Below, piece by piece: positions 1 to 12,026 of a stretch of 64,000 nucleotides of DNA. Under the pieces are notes generated by a model. The model searched no databases. It worked only from the letters and a program-made list of their open reading frames with translations, and was not told the DNA's origin. Within the stretch, counting starts at the first letter, position 1. The number at the start of each line of letters is the position of its first letter. The stretch lies in contig CAWGED010000004.1 in assembly GCA_963821525.1 (NCBI GenBank), positions 288,001-352,000 of the forward strand, given 5' to 3'. The position numbers and the translations under genes are program-made. This DNA is from an uncultured Gemmatimonadales bacterium. Its GTDB lineage: Bacteria > Gemmatimonadota > Gemmatimonadetes > Gemmatimonadales > GWC2-71-9.

Positions 1-1076
1 GATTTCCTGAAGATCCGCCGGCGTCCGGAGCCCGCAGCGCTACCTGGGCGAATTTCTGGCCCTCACCGACCGTCACCGCGCCTTGGTACCCGGCACCGAC
101 CGTGAAATCCGCTCGGCCCTCATCGCGATGTCGGAAACCGAGCCTGCGTGACATACTCACACCCCGTGAGTTCGACGCGCTCATGTACGGCGAGCGCGAG
201 CTGGTAACTGATCTTGACCTTCCCCATATCAGAGATCTCCCGCAGGTACTCCCCGAGGTCTTTGCCGCCGCCGCGCGCCGGGCCGAGCGGGCCGGATTCG
301 ACGGCGTTGAGCTGCACTACGCCCATGCCTACACCCTCGCCTCATTTCTCTCGGCACTTAACGACCGCGACGACGGTTATGGTGGTGCGCGAGCGAACCG
401 GGTGCGGCTTCCGATCGAGGTCTATCAGGCGGTGCGCGGTGCGGTCACCAGCCGTTTCGTGGTCGGCTGCCGGTTTCTGACGGAAGAGTGCATTCCCGGC
501 GGCAACTCGGCGGAAGATTCGGCATGGTTCGGAGCGGAATTCGCCCGGGCCGGGATGGACTACCTTTCGCTCTCACGGGGTGGAAAGTTCGAGGATGCGA
601 AACAGCCCCGAATCGGCTGGGCGCGCTACCCCTACACCGGACTCAGTGGCTACGAATGCATGCCCACGGTGCGGTCCGATGCAGCGGGACCCTTCGGGCG
701 TAACGTCGCGGCCACCGCACTGGTACGGCAGGCGGTACGTGCGGCAGGCCTCGGCACTCCCGTGGTTCTGTGCGGGGGGATTTCCACCTTCGAGCAAGCC
801 GAAGCGATTCTCCTCCGGGGTGATGCCGACATCGTGGCCTCGGCCCGGCAATCGCTGGCGGATCCCGATTGGTTCCGGAAGGTCCGGTTGGGGCAGGGGA
901 CGCTGGTCCGGCGATGCGTGTTCACCAACTACTGCGAGGGACTGGATCAGGTGCACAAGCCGGTGACCTGCAAACTCTGGGATCACAAGGGACTCGATGA
1001 AGCCGGTCTGGCGCTCACCGCCGACGGCCGTCGCCGTCTGGTGGCGCCTCCGTGGGAACCGGGAGATCCGGCGTGA
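1..1076 (+). CDS. NADH:flavin oxidoreductase (Old Yellow Enzyme family), 5' partial
   Basis: ORF 102..1076 contains AGFDGVELHYAHAYTLASFLS, NDRDDGYGG and GDADIVASARQSLADPDW; N-terminus lies upstream or is frameshifted. Confidence 0.85.
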   Translation, partial: FPEDPPASGARSATWANFWPSPTVTAPWYPAPTVKSARPSSRCRKPSLRDILTPREFDALMYGERELVTDLDLPHIRDLPQVLPEVFAAAARRAERAGFDGVELHYAHAYTLASFLSALNDRDDGYGGARANRVRLPIEVYQAVRGAVTSRFVVGCRFLTEECIPGGNSAEDSAWFGAEFARAGMDYLSLSRGGKFEDAKQPRIGWARYPYTGLSGYECMPTVRSDAAGPFGRNVAATALVRQAVRAAGLGTPVVLCGGISTFEQAEAILLRGDADIVASARQSLADPDWFRKVRLGQGTLVRRCVFTNYCEGLDQVHKPVTCKLWDHKGLDEAGLALTADGRRRLVAPPWEPGDPA

Positions 1077-3329
1077 AGGTTCACATCGTCGGTGGCGGAC
1101 CGGCGGGTCTCTACCTCGGCATCCTGATGAAGCGGGCCGACCCGAGCCACGAGGTGCTCGTCGTCGAGCGGAACCGAGTCGATGACACCTTCGGTTTCGG
1201 CGTGGTTTTTTCGGAGGCTACCCAGGAGAATCTGGCCCAGGCCGATCCCGAGACGGCTGGGGAAATGACCCGCTCCCTGGCCCGGTGGGACGACATCGAC
1301 ATCCACTATCGCGGTTCGGTCATCACCTCAACCGGGCATGGCTTCGCGGGAATCGAACGACGAGCCCTGCTCGGACATCCTGGCTCGCCGAGCCCGTGAG
1401 CTGGAGGTGGATCTCCGCTTCGGCGTCGGAGATGACCGATCCCGCCGCGCTCGGCTCGGCGGATGTGGTCGTCGCCGCGGACGGCATGAGCAGCATCCTG
1501 CGGGACAGGTACGCCGCGCAGTTCGCTCCTCGCCTCGAGTGGCGGGCCAATCGGTTCGTCTGGCTCGGTACCACCCGGCCCTTTCCGGCCTTCACGTTCT
1601 TCTTCAAGCATTCGCCGCACGGGCTCTGGCGGATTCACGCCTACCAGTATGCTCCCGGCAGCTCCACGTTCATCGTCGAGACTACCGATGCCGCCTGGCG
1701 CGCGACCGGCCTCGCGGAGAGCGACGAAGACGCCACCCTGGCCTTCTGTGAGGCACTCTTCGCGGAGGAGCTGCAGGGGCACCGTCTGCTCAAGAACCGC
1801 TCGCTGTGGCGCCGGTTTCCCACCGTCCGAAATGCGCGGTGGCACGCGGAGAACGTTGTGCTCCTGGGGGACGCCGCGCATACCGCGCACTTTTCAGTCG
1901 GCTCCGGAACCAAGCTCGCCATGGAGGACGCGATCGCGTTGGCGGGGGCGTTGCACCGGCACCGGGGCGTACCTGAGGCCCTCGCCGCTTATGAGGCTGA
2001 GCGGCGCCCCGCCGTCGAGAGTCTCCAGCGCGCGGCCCAGGTGAGCCTGCAATGGTTCGAGGACACCGAGCGCTACATGGACCTGGAGCCGATCCAGTTC
2101 GCCTTCAATCTCCTGACCCGAAGCCTGCGGATTACCCACGACAATCTCAGGGTACGAGATCCCGCCTTCGTGGCTAAGGTGGACCGCTGGTTCGCACAGG
2201 GCGCAGAGCAGCAGAGTGGCCAGCCGGTGCCGCTCGACCCGCCACCGCCACCCCTGTTCACCCCGTTCCGCCTGCGCGACCTCGTCCTGCCCAATCGCGT
2301 CGTGGTCTCGCCGATGTCCATGTACAGCGCGGCCGACGGGATGCCGAACGACTGGCACCTGGTGCATATCGGCAGCCGTGCCATCGGGGGCGCCGGACTG
2401 GTGATGACGGAGATGACCGACGTGAGTCCCGAGGGCCGGATTACACCAGGGTGCGCCGGCCTGTATTCCCCGGCGCATGTAGCGGCCTGGAAGCGGATCG
2501 TGGAGTTCGTCCATACCCACAGCGAAGCGAAGATCGGCATGCAACTGGGCCACGCGGGCCGGAAGGCTTCAACCCGCCTGGCATGGGAGGGGATGGACGA
2601 ACCGCTTGAGGCGGGCAATTGGCCGATCATGGCACCTTCGCCGTTGCCCTATCATCCCTACGGCCAGGTGCCGAGGGAGATGAACCGGGCCGACATGGAT
2701 CGGGTCAGAGACGCAGTTTGTCCGCGCCACCGAGGGCGCCGAAGCCGCCGGGTTTGACCTGCTTGAACTGCACTTCGCCCACGGCTATCTGCTCGCCAGC
2801 TTCATCTCCCCGCTCACCAACCGGCGGACCGATGAGTACGGCGCCGGTTTGCCGGGCCGCATGCGGTTTCCGCTCGAGGTGGTGGAGGCGGTCCGCGCGC
2901 GCGTGGCCGGCCCATAAGCCGCTCTCGGTCCGAATCAGCGCGGTAGATTGGGCACCGGGTGGACTGGAGCCCGACGCCGCGGTTGAGGTGGCTCGACTGC
3001 TCGCCGCGCACGGGGCCGATGTGGTGGATGTCTCGGCCGGACAGACCGTACCCGACGCCAAACCGGTCTACGGCCGCCAGTTCCAGACGCCGTTCAGCGA
3101 CCGGATTCGCCACGAGGCGGGCATCGCGACGATGGCGGTGGGAAACATCTCCTCCTACGCCGACGTGAATACCATCCTGGCCGCGGGGCGGGCAGATCTG
3201 GTCGTGCTGGCCCGGGCTCATCTGTGGGATCCATATTGGACCCGCCACGCCGCTTCCGAGCTGGAGTACCCGGTTCGCTGGCCCAAGCAATACGAATCGT
3301 TGGATCGCTATGCGCCGCGATTGAAGTAG
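1073..3329 (+). CDS. Bifunctional salicylyl-CoA 5-hydroxylase/anthraniloyl-CoA monooxygenase-reductase (FAD monooxygenase + OYE domain), frameshifted
   Basis: GTG at 1073 overlaps the previous stop; [68 protein letters not shown] are spread over ORFs 1052..1399, 1285..2757 and 2619..3329. Confidence 0.9.
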
Positions 3330-3350
3330 TCCCCCGAAGACCGAGCCGGT

Positions 3351-4130
3351 ATGCCTACCTATTCCGAATACCTCAAGCTCGAAGAGCTTCTGGCGCTGCA
3401 GCGCCCGCTTTCGCGCGGCCCCGAACATGACGAGATGCTCTTCATCGTCATCCATCAGGTCTACGAGCTCTGGTTCAAGGAGATACTGCACGAGATCTCG
3501 TACCTCGAGCAGCAGCTCGACCGGCACGACGCCGCCAGGGCGCAACACACCCTCAAGCGGATCCTGACGATCCTCAAGGTCCTGGTGGCCCAGCTGGACA
3601 TCCTGGAAACGATGACCCCGCTCGAGTTCCTCTCATTCCGGGACCGCCTCGACTCCGGCAGCGGATTCCAGTCATACCAGTTCCGCGAGCTCGAGTTCGC
3701 GCTGGGCCGCAAGGATCCGCGGGCCCTGGAACGCTACCCTTCCGGTTCCGGCGCGCGACTCGCACTCGAGCGGCGCTTGGGATCTCCTACCCTTTGGGAT
3801 GCGTTCCTCCGTTTCCTCGCCGCGAGCGGGGCCGCGGTTCCAGTCTCACTTCTGAAGCGCGACGTGAGCGGGCCGATCGAGCCTTCTCCCGACCTGCAAG
3901 CCATCCTGATCGAGATCTATCGCAATAACCCGGCTTTGACCGAGCTCTGCGAGCGTCTCGTCGATCTGGACGAAGGCGTGATGGAATGGCGATACCGCCA
4001 TGTGAAAATGGTGCAGCGCACTATCGGCACTCGGCGCGGCACCGGCGGGAGCGCCGGCGCGGAGTACCTGGCCACCACGCTCAACCAGCCGCTCTTCCCC
4101 GATCTCTGGGCCATTCGGACCGAGTTGTGA
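3351..4130 (+). CDS. kynA: Tryptophan 2,3-dioxygenase
   Basis: TYSEYLKLEELL, HDEMLFIVIHQVYELWFK, SGFQSYQFRELEF, WRYRH, GTGGSAG. Confidence 0.96.
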   Translation: MPTYSEYLKLEELLALQRPLSRGPEHDEMLFIVIHQVYELWFKEILHEISYLEQQLDRHDAARAQHTLKRILTILKVLVAQLDILETMTPLEFLSFRDRLDSGSGFQSYQFRELEFALGRKDPRALERYPSGSGARLALERRLGSPTLWDAFLRFLAASGAAVPVSLLKRDVSGPIEPSPDLQAILIEIYRNNPALTELCERLVDLDEGVMEWRYRHVKMVQRTIGTRRGTGGSAGAEYLATTLNQPLFPDLWAIRTEL

Positions 4131-5328
4131 ATCCGGCTTCGCTGTACGCCTCACCCAATGCCCTCGCAGACCACTACCGCCGCTTCGGCGTGGCGGAACG
4201 GCTGCTGCTGACCGGGCACTCGCATCAGGCCTGGCCCGATCGCGGCTTCGACGCCCAAGCCCAGGCCTGGCTGGATGCCGCGCGGTTCGTGGACGACAAA
4301 TGGGAGCATGCCTTCGCCCGGGCCGAACGAGTCCGCCTCGGCTTCCGTCGGCTGCTGGATGACCGGGACGGCCACATCGCGCTGGCTCCCAATACTCACG
4401 AGCTGGTGGTCCGCTTCCTGTCCGCGCTTCCCCTGCGCGAGCGCCCGCGCCTGGTAACCACCGACGGCGAATTTCACACGATCCGCCGTCAGCTCGATCG
4501 CCTGGCCGAGGAAGGCATCGAGTTGGTCCGGGTGCCGGAGGCTCCGCTCGGAGGATTGGTGGAGCGACTGCGCCGCGCGGTGGATGACAGAACCGCTGCG
4601 GTGCTCGTCTCCGCGGTGTTCTTCGACAGCGGTCGCATTGCGCCCAGCCTTGCCGATGTCGCCGAGCAGTGCCGGCGGCATGGGGTATCGCTGCTGGTTG
4701 ATGTGTATCACGCGCTCAACGTGGTGCCATTCTCACTGCTGAAGGAAGGGCTGCTCGACGCGTTCGTGGTCGGTGGCGGTTACAAGTACTGCCAGCTGGG
4801 TGAGGGAAACTGTTTTCTCCGATTCCCCGCCGCCTCGACGCTGCGACCGGTGATTACCGGCTGGTTCAGCGAGTTCTCCGCGTTGACCGAAAAGCAGCGA
4901 GCGGGGCAGGTGCCCTATGGAGAGGGGGGAGATCGTTTCGCAGGCGCGACCTACGACCCGGCAAGTCACTACCGGGCGGCGGCGGTCTTCGACTTTCACG
5001 AGGAGGTAGGACTCACACCGGAATTGTTGCGGGAAGTGAGCCAGCACCAGATCGGTGTGCTGGCCCGAAGCTTCGATGCCCTCGATGCTGACCCCGCGGT
5101 GATCCGTCGCGATCAGACTGTGCCGCTGGACCAGATCGGGGGCTTTCTCGCCCTTGAAGCTCCAGCGGCGGGCGTCCTCGCCGCCGCGTTACATCGTGAG
5201 GGGGTGTTCACCGACTACCGGGGCAACATGCTCCGGCTCGGGCCTGCCCCGTACCTGTCCGACCGTCAGCTCACCGATGCGGTGACCATCCTCGGAAAAA
5301 CGGCACGGGGCGCCCTGCCGGCTATCTC

Positions 5329-5332
<4 letters not shown>
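4127..5332 (+). CDS. kynU: Kynureninase (PLP, class V)
   Basis: GTGA overlap with kyn[42 protein letters not shown]. Confidence 0.85.
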
Positions 5333-6846
<1,514 letters not shown>

Positions 6847-6854
6847 TGGGTCCT

Positions 6855-6967
6855 GTCTTGGGTCTAAGGTCTTGAGTCTAAGGTCTAGAATCCAAATCGC
6901 TCGGACGTCTCATGTCGCATCTCACGTCTCACGTCTCACGTCTCACGTCTCACGTCTCACGTCTCAC
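6855..6967. repeat. Two heptamer arrays: GTCTWRR x5 (6855-6889) and TCTCACG x6-7 (6920-6967)
   Basis: Read directly; the second array contains the stop codon of the ArsR gene. Confidence 0.95.
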
Positions 6968-7903
6968 AGCCGCCGCCACAAACAATCCCGGTCCTTTGGC
7001 CTTCGGATCAGACGGAATCGGTGCATAGCGGCACGACTCGAACCCTGCTTCCTCCATCCAGGGAACGATCTGCTTCGCCGCGAAGCCTTGCCACAGGTGC
7101 CCCATCGTCTGGCGGTACTCAGCGTGATCGTGGGGCTGCATGTCTACCACGATAAGCCGCCCGCCCGGACGAATGACTCGCGCGGCTTCCGCGAAGACCG
7201 CGATCGGCTCCGCCACGTAGGGGAGCACCAGCGCCAGCACCGCGAGATCCAGCTCGCCGTCCTGAATCGGCAATGCCTCGAGCTCGCCGCGCCGCAACTC
7301 TACGTTGGGCAGGTCCGCCACTCGGGCCTTGGCCGCTTTGAGCATCGCCGGCGACCCGTCCACCGCGATCACTCGGGAGACGAAAGGGGCTAGCGTCTGG
7401 CTGAGCTGGCCGGTTCCTGCGCCCAAGTCTCCCACGAGCCACGTCGGATCCAGCAGGCCGAGGGGCGCCAGCAACTCGGTGCGGCTGCCAAAGAGCTCTT
7501 CCCGCATCCGGTCCCACTGGCCCGCTGCGCTGGCGAAGAACTCATCCGATTGGATTCGCCGCTGCGCCAGCACCCTCCGAAGGCGATCCCCATCGCGCAG
7601 CGCAGCCGGTGTAACCGCGACCTGCTCCTTCACCAACTGCCACAACCGCCGGGCTGCAGGATCCAGATCCTGCCCCGGCATCCGGTAGTACCGGCTGGCC
7701 CCGTCCGCCCTGGAAACCACCCACCCTTCGTCGCTCAGGGTCTTCAGATGGCGGCTGACGGTGGACTGGGGCATTTGAAGGGCGCCGCACAGGTCCGTTA
7801 CCGAGAGCTCGTGGCGCTCCAGTACCAGCAACAGCCGGCACCGGGTGGCGTCGGCCAGCGACTGCAAGCGATCGAGAATCGGTGTACCCACGCCAGGCCT
7901 CAT
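6950..7903 (-). CDS. sahR: ArsR-HTH + SAM-methyltransferase-like regulator (SahR family)
   Basis: LADATRCRLL..ELSVTDL..QSTVSRHLKTL HTH; VGDLGAGTG SAM motif; directly upstream of ahcY. Confidence 0.85.
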   Translation of the reverse strand: MRPGVGTPILDRLQSLADATRCRLLLVLERHELSVTDLCGALQMPQSTVSRHLKTLSDEGWVVSRADGASRYYRMPGQDLDPAARRLWQLVKEQVAVTPAALRDGDRLRRVLAQRRIQSDEFFASAAGQWDRMREELFGSRTELLAPLGLLDPTWLVGDLGAGTGQLSQTLAPFVSRVIAVDGSPAMLKAAKARVADLPNVELRRGELEALPIQDGELDLAVLALVLPYVAEPIAVFAEAARVIRPGGRLIVVDMQPHDHAEYRQTMGHLWQGFAAKQIVPWMEEAGFESCRYAPIPSDPKAKGPGLFVAAAVRRET

Positions 7904-7920
7904 ATCCTAGTATCCGGATA
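7903..7920. promoter_or_regulatory. Imperfect palindrome TATCC-N8-GGATA at the sahR start, candidate auto-operator
   Basis: TATCCTAGTATCCGGATA abuts the ATG; TTGACG lies upstream on the minus strand. Confidence 0.4.
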
Positions 7921-7928
7921 ATCAAATA

Positions 7929-8462
7929 TTAAGGCCGGGAATCGTCAAGAGGCAGGGGGGAGTGGCGGGTTATGAGGCAGGTGGTCGTTCCGTGGGCGTA
8001 CAGCCGGCCTTCCCGGTCGGTGACGCGACCCTCCGCCGTCGCGACCCGGCCGCCAGCGTGAACCACCTTCCCTTCGGCTTCTACCGGGCCGGCGGCTGTG
8101 GTGAGGGGCCTGACCAGATTCACCTTCAATTCAAGCGTGTTGTAGCCGTCGCCCGAGGCCAGCAAGGTGGCGACGGCGCAGCCCATCGCTGCGTCGAGGA
8201 GTGCTGTAATCAGCCCACCCTGCACTACCCCGACCGGGTTGTAGAGATGCTCTCCAGGCTCGAGAACCATCACCACCCGGCCGCGTTCGGCGACTTGAGG
8301 GCGCATCCCCAGGAGGGCGCTCGACGGAGGCGCCGGAATGTCTCCGCGAATGATGGCTTGGATGAACTCAAGGCCACTCAAAGACCGGCCAAGCTCCAGG
8401 GCGGCCAGCGGATCGTACCAGGTGACGGTGCGATTCCGCGGTGGTAGTCCGTGGTCAGTCAT
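7929..8462 (-). CDS. PaaI family hotdog thioesterase
   Basis: NPVGVVQGGLITALLDAAMGCA, TLELKVNLVRP. Confidence 0.9.
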   Translation of the reverse strand: MTDHGLPPRNRTVTWYDPLAALELGRSLSGLEFIQAIIRGDIPAPPSSALLGMRPQVAERGRVVMVLEPGEHLYNPVGVVQGGLITALLDAAMGCAVATLLASGDGYNTLELKVNLVRPLTTAAGPVEAEGKVVHAGGRVATAEGRVTDREGRLYAHGTTTCLITRHSPLPLDDSRP

Positions 8463-8947
8463 GGACGCTTCATGGAGTCCTGCCGGGTCGCTGCCGGAGC
8501 GCCGCGGATGAACGCGATGTAGTCGGTCGGGTTGGGTTCCTGTCCCGAGATTCGGAGCGCCCGCGCGATCTGCCCGCGATGATAGGCTCCGTGCAGGAAA
8601 ATCTGAAGCAGGATGTCGTCCGCTCTGGAAGTGAACTGCTTCCCCGCGCTGTTCACGTAAGTGACTTCCTCGCCCATGTCCTGCTCATCCGTCGTGCCGA
8701 CATAGTCGGTAAGCTCCCGCCGATTCCGTTCGGCAAGGCGAGCGCACTCGGCCTTGCTCAGCGTCGGCCAGGTCGGCAACTCGGCAGGCCTTCTCAGAAG
8801 CCGGGAAATCCAGACATGCTCTGCGGCAAGGATATGCGCCAGCAGCTGGAGACTGTCGGGGTTCGGTTCGGATGAGCGTTCGAGTGACTCGAGTACCAGT
8901 TGGTCGGCCCAGGCCAGGTGGGCAATCAGGCGTGCCATCGATGTCAT
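8459..8947 (-). CDS. DinB family protein
   Basis: HLAWAD, HILAAE..W, HGAYHRGQI. Confidence 0.85.
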   Translation of the reverse strand: MTSMARLIAHLAWADQLVLESLERSSEPNPDSLQLLAHILAAEHVWISRLLRRPAELPTWPTLSKAECARLAERNRRELTDYVGTTDEQDMGEEVTYVNSAGKQFTSRADDILLQIFLHGAYHRGQIARALRISGQEPNPTDYIAFIRGAPAATRQDSMKRP

Positions 8948-9405
8948 AGCGATCCCATCGCGTGGAGAATCAGTCCTGCCAGCTTCACCGTCACCCAGAT
9001 ACCGGCACCAAGCAGGACGAGCAGTGCGAGGAAGAGGCCCAGCAACAGGAGCCGGCTTTCCCTCTTTGTGGGAGCCGGGCGATCCAGATACTGCTCCAGG
9101 AGACGATAATTTCGGGTGTTGGACTTGAATCCGAAGTCGAAGAGGTCCCCGAGGAAGGGGACTTCACCGACCAGAGTATCGATGCCGATGTTGAGCATCA
9201 TTCGCATGAGGACCGATCCGGGCGCTCCCGCTCGCCAGCCGACGAGGAGGCCGTAGGCGGCCAGCAGTCCGCCGGCCAGGTCTCCCACACCGGGGATCAG
9301 ACCCATCAAAGGATCGAGGCCGATACGAGTCCCAATGATGGGAACTCGTATGGCCTCGTCCGCGAGTCGAGTGAGCGCGCGGTAGCGCTCCAGGTCCTTC
9401 GCCAC
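8944..9405 (-). CDS. DUF4112-type membrane protein
   Basis: RIGLDPLMGLIPGVGD, GDLFDFGFKSN. Confidence 0.85.
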   Translation of the reverse strand: MAKDLERYRALTRLADEAIRVPIIGTRIGLDPLMGLIPGVGDLAGGLLAAYGLLVGWRAGAPGSVLMRMMLNIGIDTLVGEVPFLGDLFDFGFKSNTRNYRLLEQYLDRPAPTKRESRLLLLGLFLALLVLLGAGIWVTVKLAGLILHAMGSL

Positions 9406-9425
9406 TTGTTGGGACCGGCCCGGGA

Positions 9426-9808
9426 TCAGCCTCCCTTGATCGCCGTGATGGCTTTCTTGGCCATCGCCGCTACGTCGTCGTTGCGGTCATCGAGAGCCTC
9501 TTCCAGCGCGGGGAGTGCGGCGCTGGCGGCGGGTCCGATCTCGCGCAGCGCGACGCAGACCGGGAACCGGACCGAGGCTTCCTGTTCATGTGCAGGGCTT
9601 CGATCAGGGCCGGGACGGCGGGTGCTGCGGCGGGCCCGATTCCCGCGATGGAGTACGCGGCCGCGTTGCGAGTCATCGGCGCAGCCGCCTTGAGATCCGC
9701 GATGAGCTCGTGGAGCGGGTGGCCCTGGAAATCGGGCTCCTTCTGGGCGCGTGCCGAACTGACCCAAAAGAGGGGGATCGTCAACAGGAGCAAGGACCGG
9801 CGAAGCAT
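9426..9808 (-). CDS. Small exported HEAT-repeat protein, frameshifted near 9590
   Basis: Signal peptide, then RNAAAYSIAGIGPAAAPAVPALIEAL and ALREIGPAASAALPALEEALDD in two frames; GGAGG RBS. Confidence 0.7.
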
Positions 9809-9868
9809 TGCCAACCTCCAAAAACTTGAGTCGTCTACCGAGACAAGTATAACCCCGAAAGCCGACGC

Positions 9869-11141
9869 TCAGGCCATGCCCTTTCTGATCGCGTCGAGTA
9901 CCCGGTCGGCGAACAGATCTACCTCGTCAACCGTGGTGTACACGTTCGGCGTGATGCGGAGTCCGTCGAACTCGGGGTGTACGATCGGTGTCGTCACTAT
10001 GTGGTGCTTGTCCAGGAGCCACGCCCCCAGCTTGCCCGGATCCATCCCATCGATGTGCAGCAGCCCGATGCCTCCGGTGTAGGGAGAGTCGAGCTGGGTG
10101 AGCAGTTTCACCCGATCGCTCTCGGACCGGAGCCGGGTGGCCCAGCGGTCCCGCAGATAGCGGAGGCGCGCGATCTTCCGCTCCGCCCCGATCCCGCGAT
10201 GGAACGCCAAGGCAGCCGCGATGGCATTGTGGTTCGCCGCCGGGTGGGTGCCGATCTCCTCGTACTTGCGGATGTTCCCATCCATGGAAGTCGGTGCCGC
10301 CATCAGCGGCCACAGCGCTTTCTGTTTCTCCTGACGGACGTAGAGAAACCCGGTGCCAATCGGAGCCAGCAGCCACTTGTGCAGGCTGGTGCCGTAGTAA
10401 TCGCAGCGCAGGTCGTCGCGCTTGAAGGGGAACTGGCCGAAGGCGTGAGCGCCATCGACGAAGACCTCGATGCCGCGTGACCGGGCAAAGTCCACCAGCT
10501 CCCGTACCGGCATGATCTGTCCGGACAGGTTGGTGATGTGGGTGACCTCGATGACCCGAGTCCTCGCGGTCACCGCCTCCTTGAAGCGATCGACGATGTA
10601 CTGAGGTGAGGGTGGCGGGAGCTTGAAGGAGACCTGCTTCAGGACCACTCCATCGCGCCGGACCCGCTGGTCCCAGCTGGTGAGCATTCGGGGGTAGTTC
10701 TGATTGGTGACGACTATCTCGTCTCCCGGCTTTAGATCGAGACCGAAGATCATGATCTCGTTGGCTTCGGAGGCATTCCGGGTGATGGCCATTTCCTCAG
10801 GGTCGCAGCCGAACTCCCGGGCCAGATCCCGCCGGACGCTTTCGATCCGGGGCTCCAGCGTCTGCCACATGTGGATCACCGGTAGCTCGTTGCTGAACCG
10901 GAGGTCCCGGATCATCTGGTCCAGGACGTGGGTGGGGCAGGGGCTGCATCCCCCATTGTTGAGGTTGACCATCGTGCGGTCGGCGTCGAAGGCGCGCTGG
11001 ATCTCGACCCAGAAGTCCTCGTCGTCCGGCCCGCCGACCCCGGATCGGGGCAGGTCCCACACTCGGCGCAGCGCCTCCGGACGGAAGGTCGGGAGGGCGG
11101 CCACGGCCAGATGCACCGATAAATCCCCGGCGTGATGACAT
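9869..11141 (-). CDS. Class V PLP enzyme (isopenicillin N epimerase/cysteine lyase-like) with Tat signal, frameshift near 11120
   Basis: NLNNGGCSP, VDGAHAFG, TSLHKWLLAPIGTGFL; N-terminal MSSRRGFI in another frame. Confidence 0.85.
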
Positions 11142-11240
11142 GGAAGCTCCTACGGGAGAAAGACTTCCCCAATCTAGGCCGACCAGCCCCTACCGCCAGA
11201 GCGGGCCCTCCCTTTATAGTTGTGCGCGATTTAACTGGTC

Positions 11241-11312
11241 AGCGGTGAGCGGTGAGTGGTAAGCGGGACACGGTTCCCCCGGCCCGCTCACTGCTTACCG
11301 CTCACCGCTCAC
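11241..11312. repeat. Inverted heptamer arrays (AGCGGTG / CACCGCT) in the efp leader
   Basis: AGCGGTG AGCGGTG AGTGGTA AGCGGG ... CCCGCT CACTGCT TACCGCT CACCGCT. Confidence 0.9.
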
Positions 11313-11329
11313 GTTTTCAGGAAGTAGCC

Positions 11330-11892
11330 ATGGGTATCATCGCCAGCGAAATCCGCCGCGGTATGACGCTCCTCTTCGACGGGGAGCCGGTCCGGGTCCT
11401 CGATTTCCATCACCATACCCCCGGCAACCTGCGGGCGATGGTGCAGACCAAGCTGCGGAAGCTTCGCACCGGAACCCAGTTCGAGCATCGCTTCCGGTCA
11501 ACCGATACGGTCGATACCGCCAATCTCGAGACGCATGAGCTGGAGTTCATGTACGCGGGCGGCGACTCTACCACTTCATGAATACAGAGAATTTCGACCA
11601 GCTCGAGATGAATGAAGAGGACTTGGGCGACGCGGCGAAATGGATGACCGGCGGGATGAAGCTGATCGCCGAGTATTTCAACGGTCGGCCGATCGGCATT
11701 CAGCTTCCCAACGCCCTGGTCTATGAAGTGACGGAGACCGCTCCGGTGATGAAGACCGCGACCAAGAACGCCTCGACCAAGCCAGCCATGCTGGAGAACG
11801 GGGTGTCGGTCAACGTTCCCGAATTCGTTCAGACCGGCGAGAAGGTCCGGGTCAACCCCAATACCGGCGAGTATCTCGATCGTGTGAAGTAG
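11330..11892 (+). CDS. efp: Elongation factor P, frameshift near 11565
   Basis: [44 protein letters not shown] in two frames. Confidence 0.93.
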
Positions 11893-12026
11893 TGGGTCCG
11901 CCCTCTACCACGATCTCCCAGCCCCCCATTAGGTTAGGAAGCACGGCACAAGGAGCATGTGCCGGGCCCCGCCCGCCCCGACGTCCCGCTGACCATGGAA
12001 GGTGGTCGCATGATGTCGAGCCTGAT

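Noticed and set aside
6847..6950. SAH/SAM riboswitch before ahcY
   Set aside because: Spacer consists of repeats; no aptamer consensus recognised
11550..11580. Programmed frameshift in efp
   Set aside because: No slippery site seen; one of many similar indels
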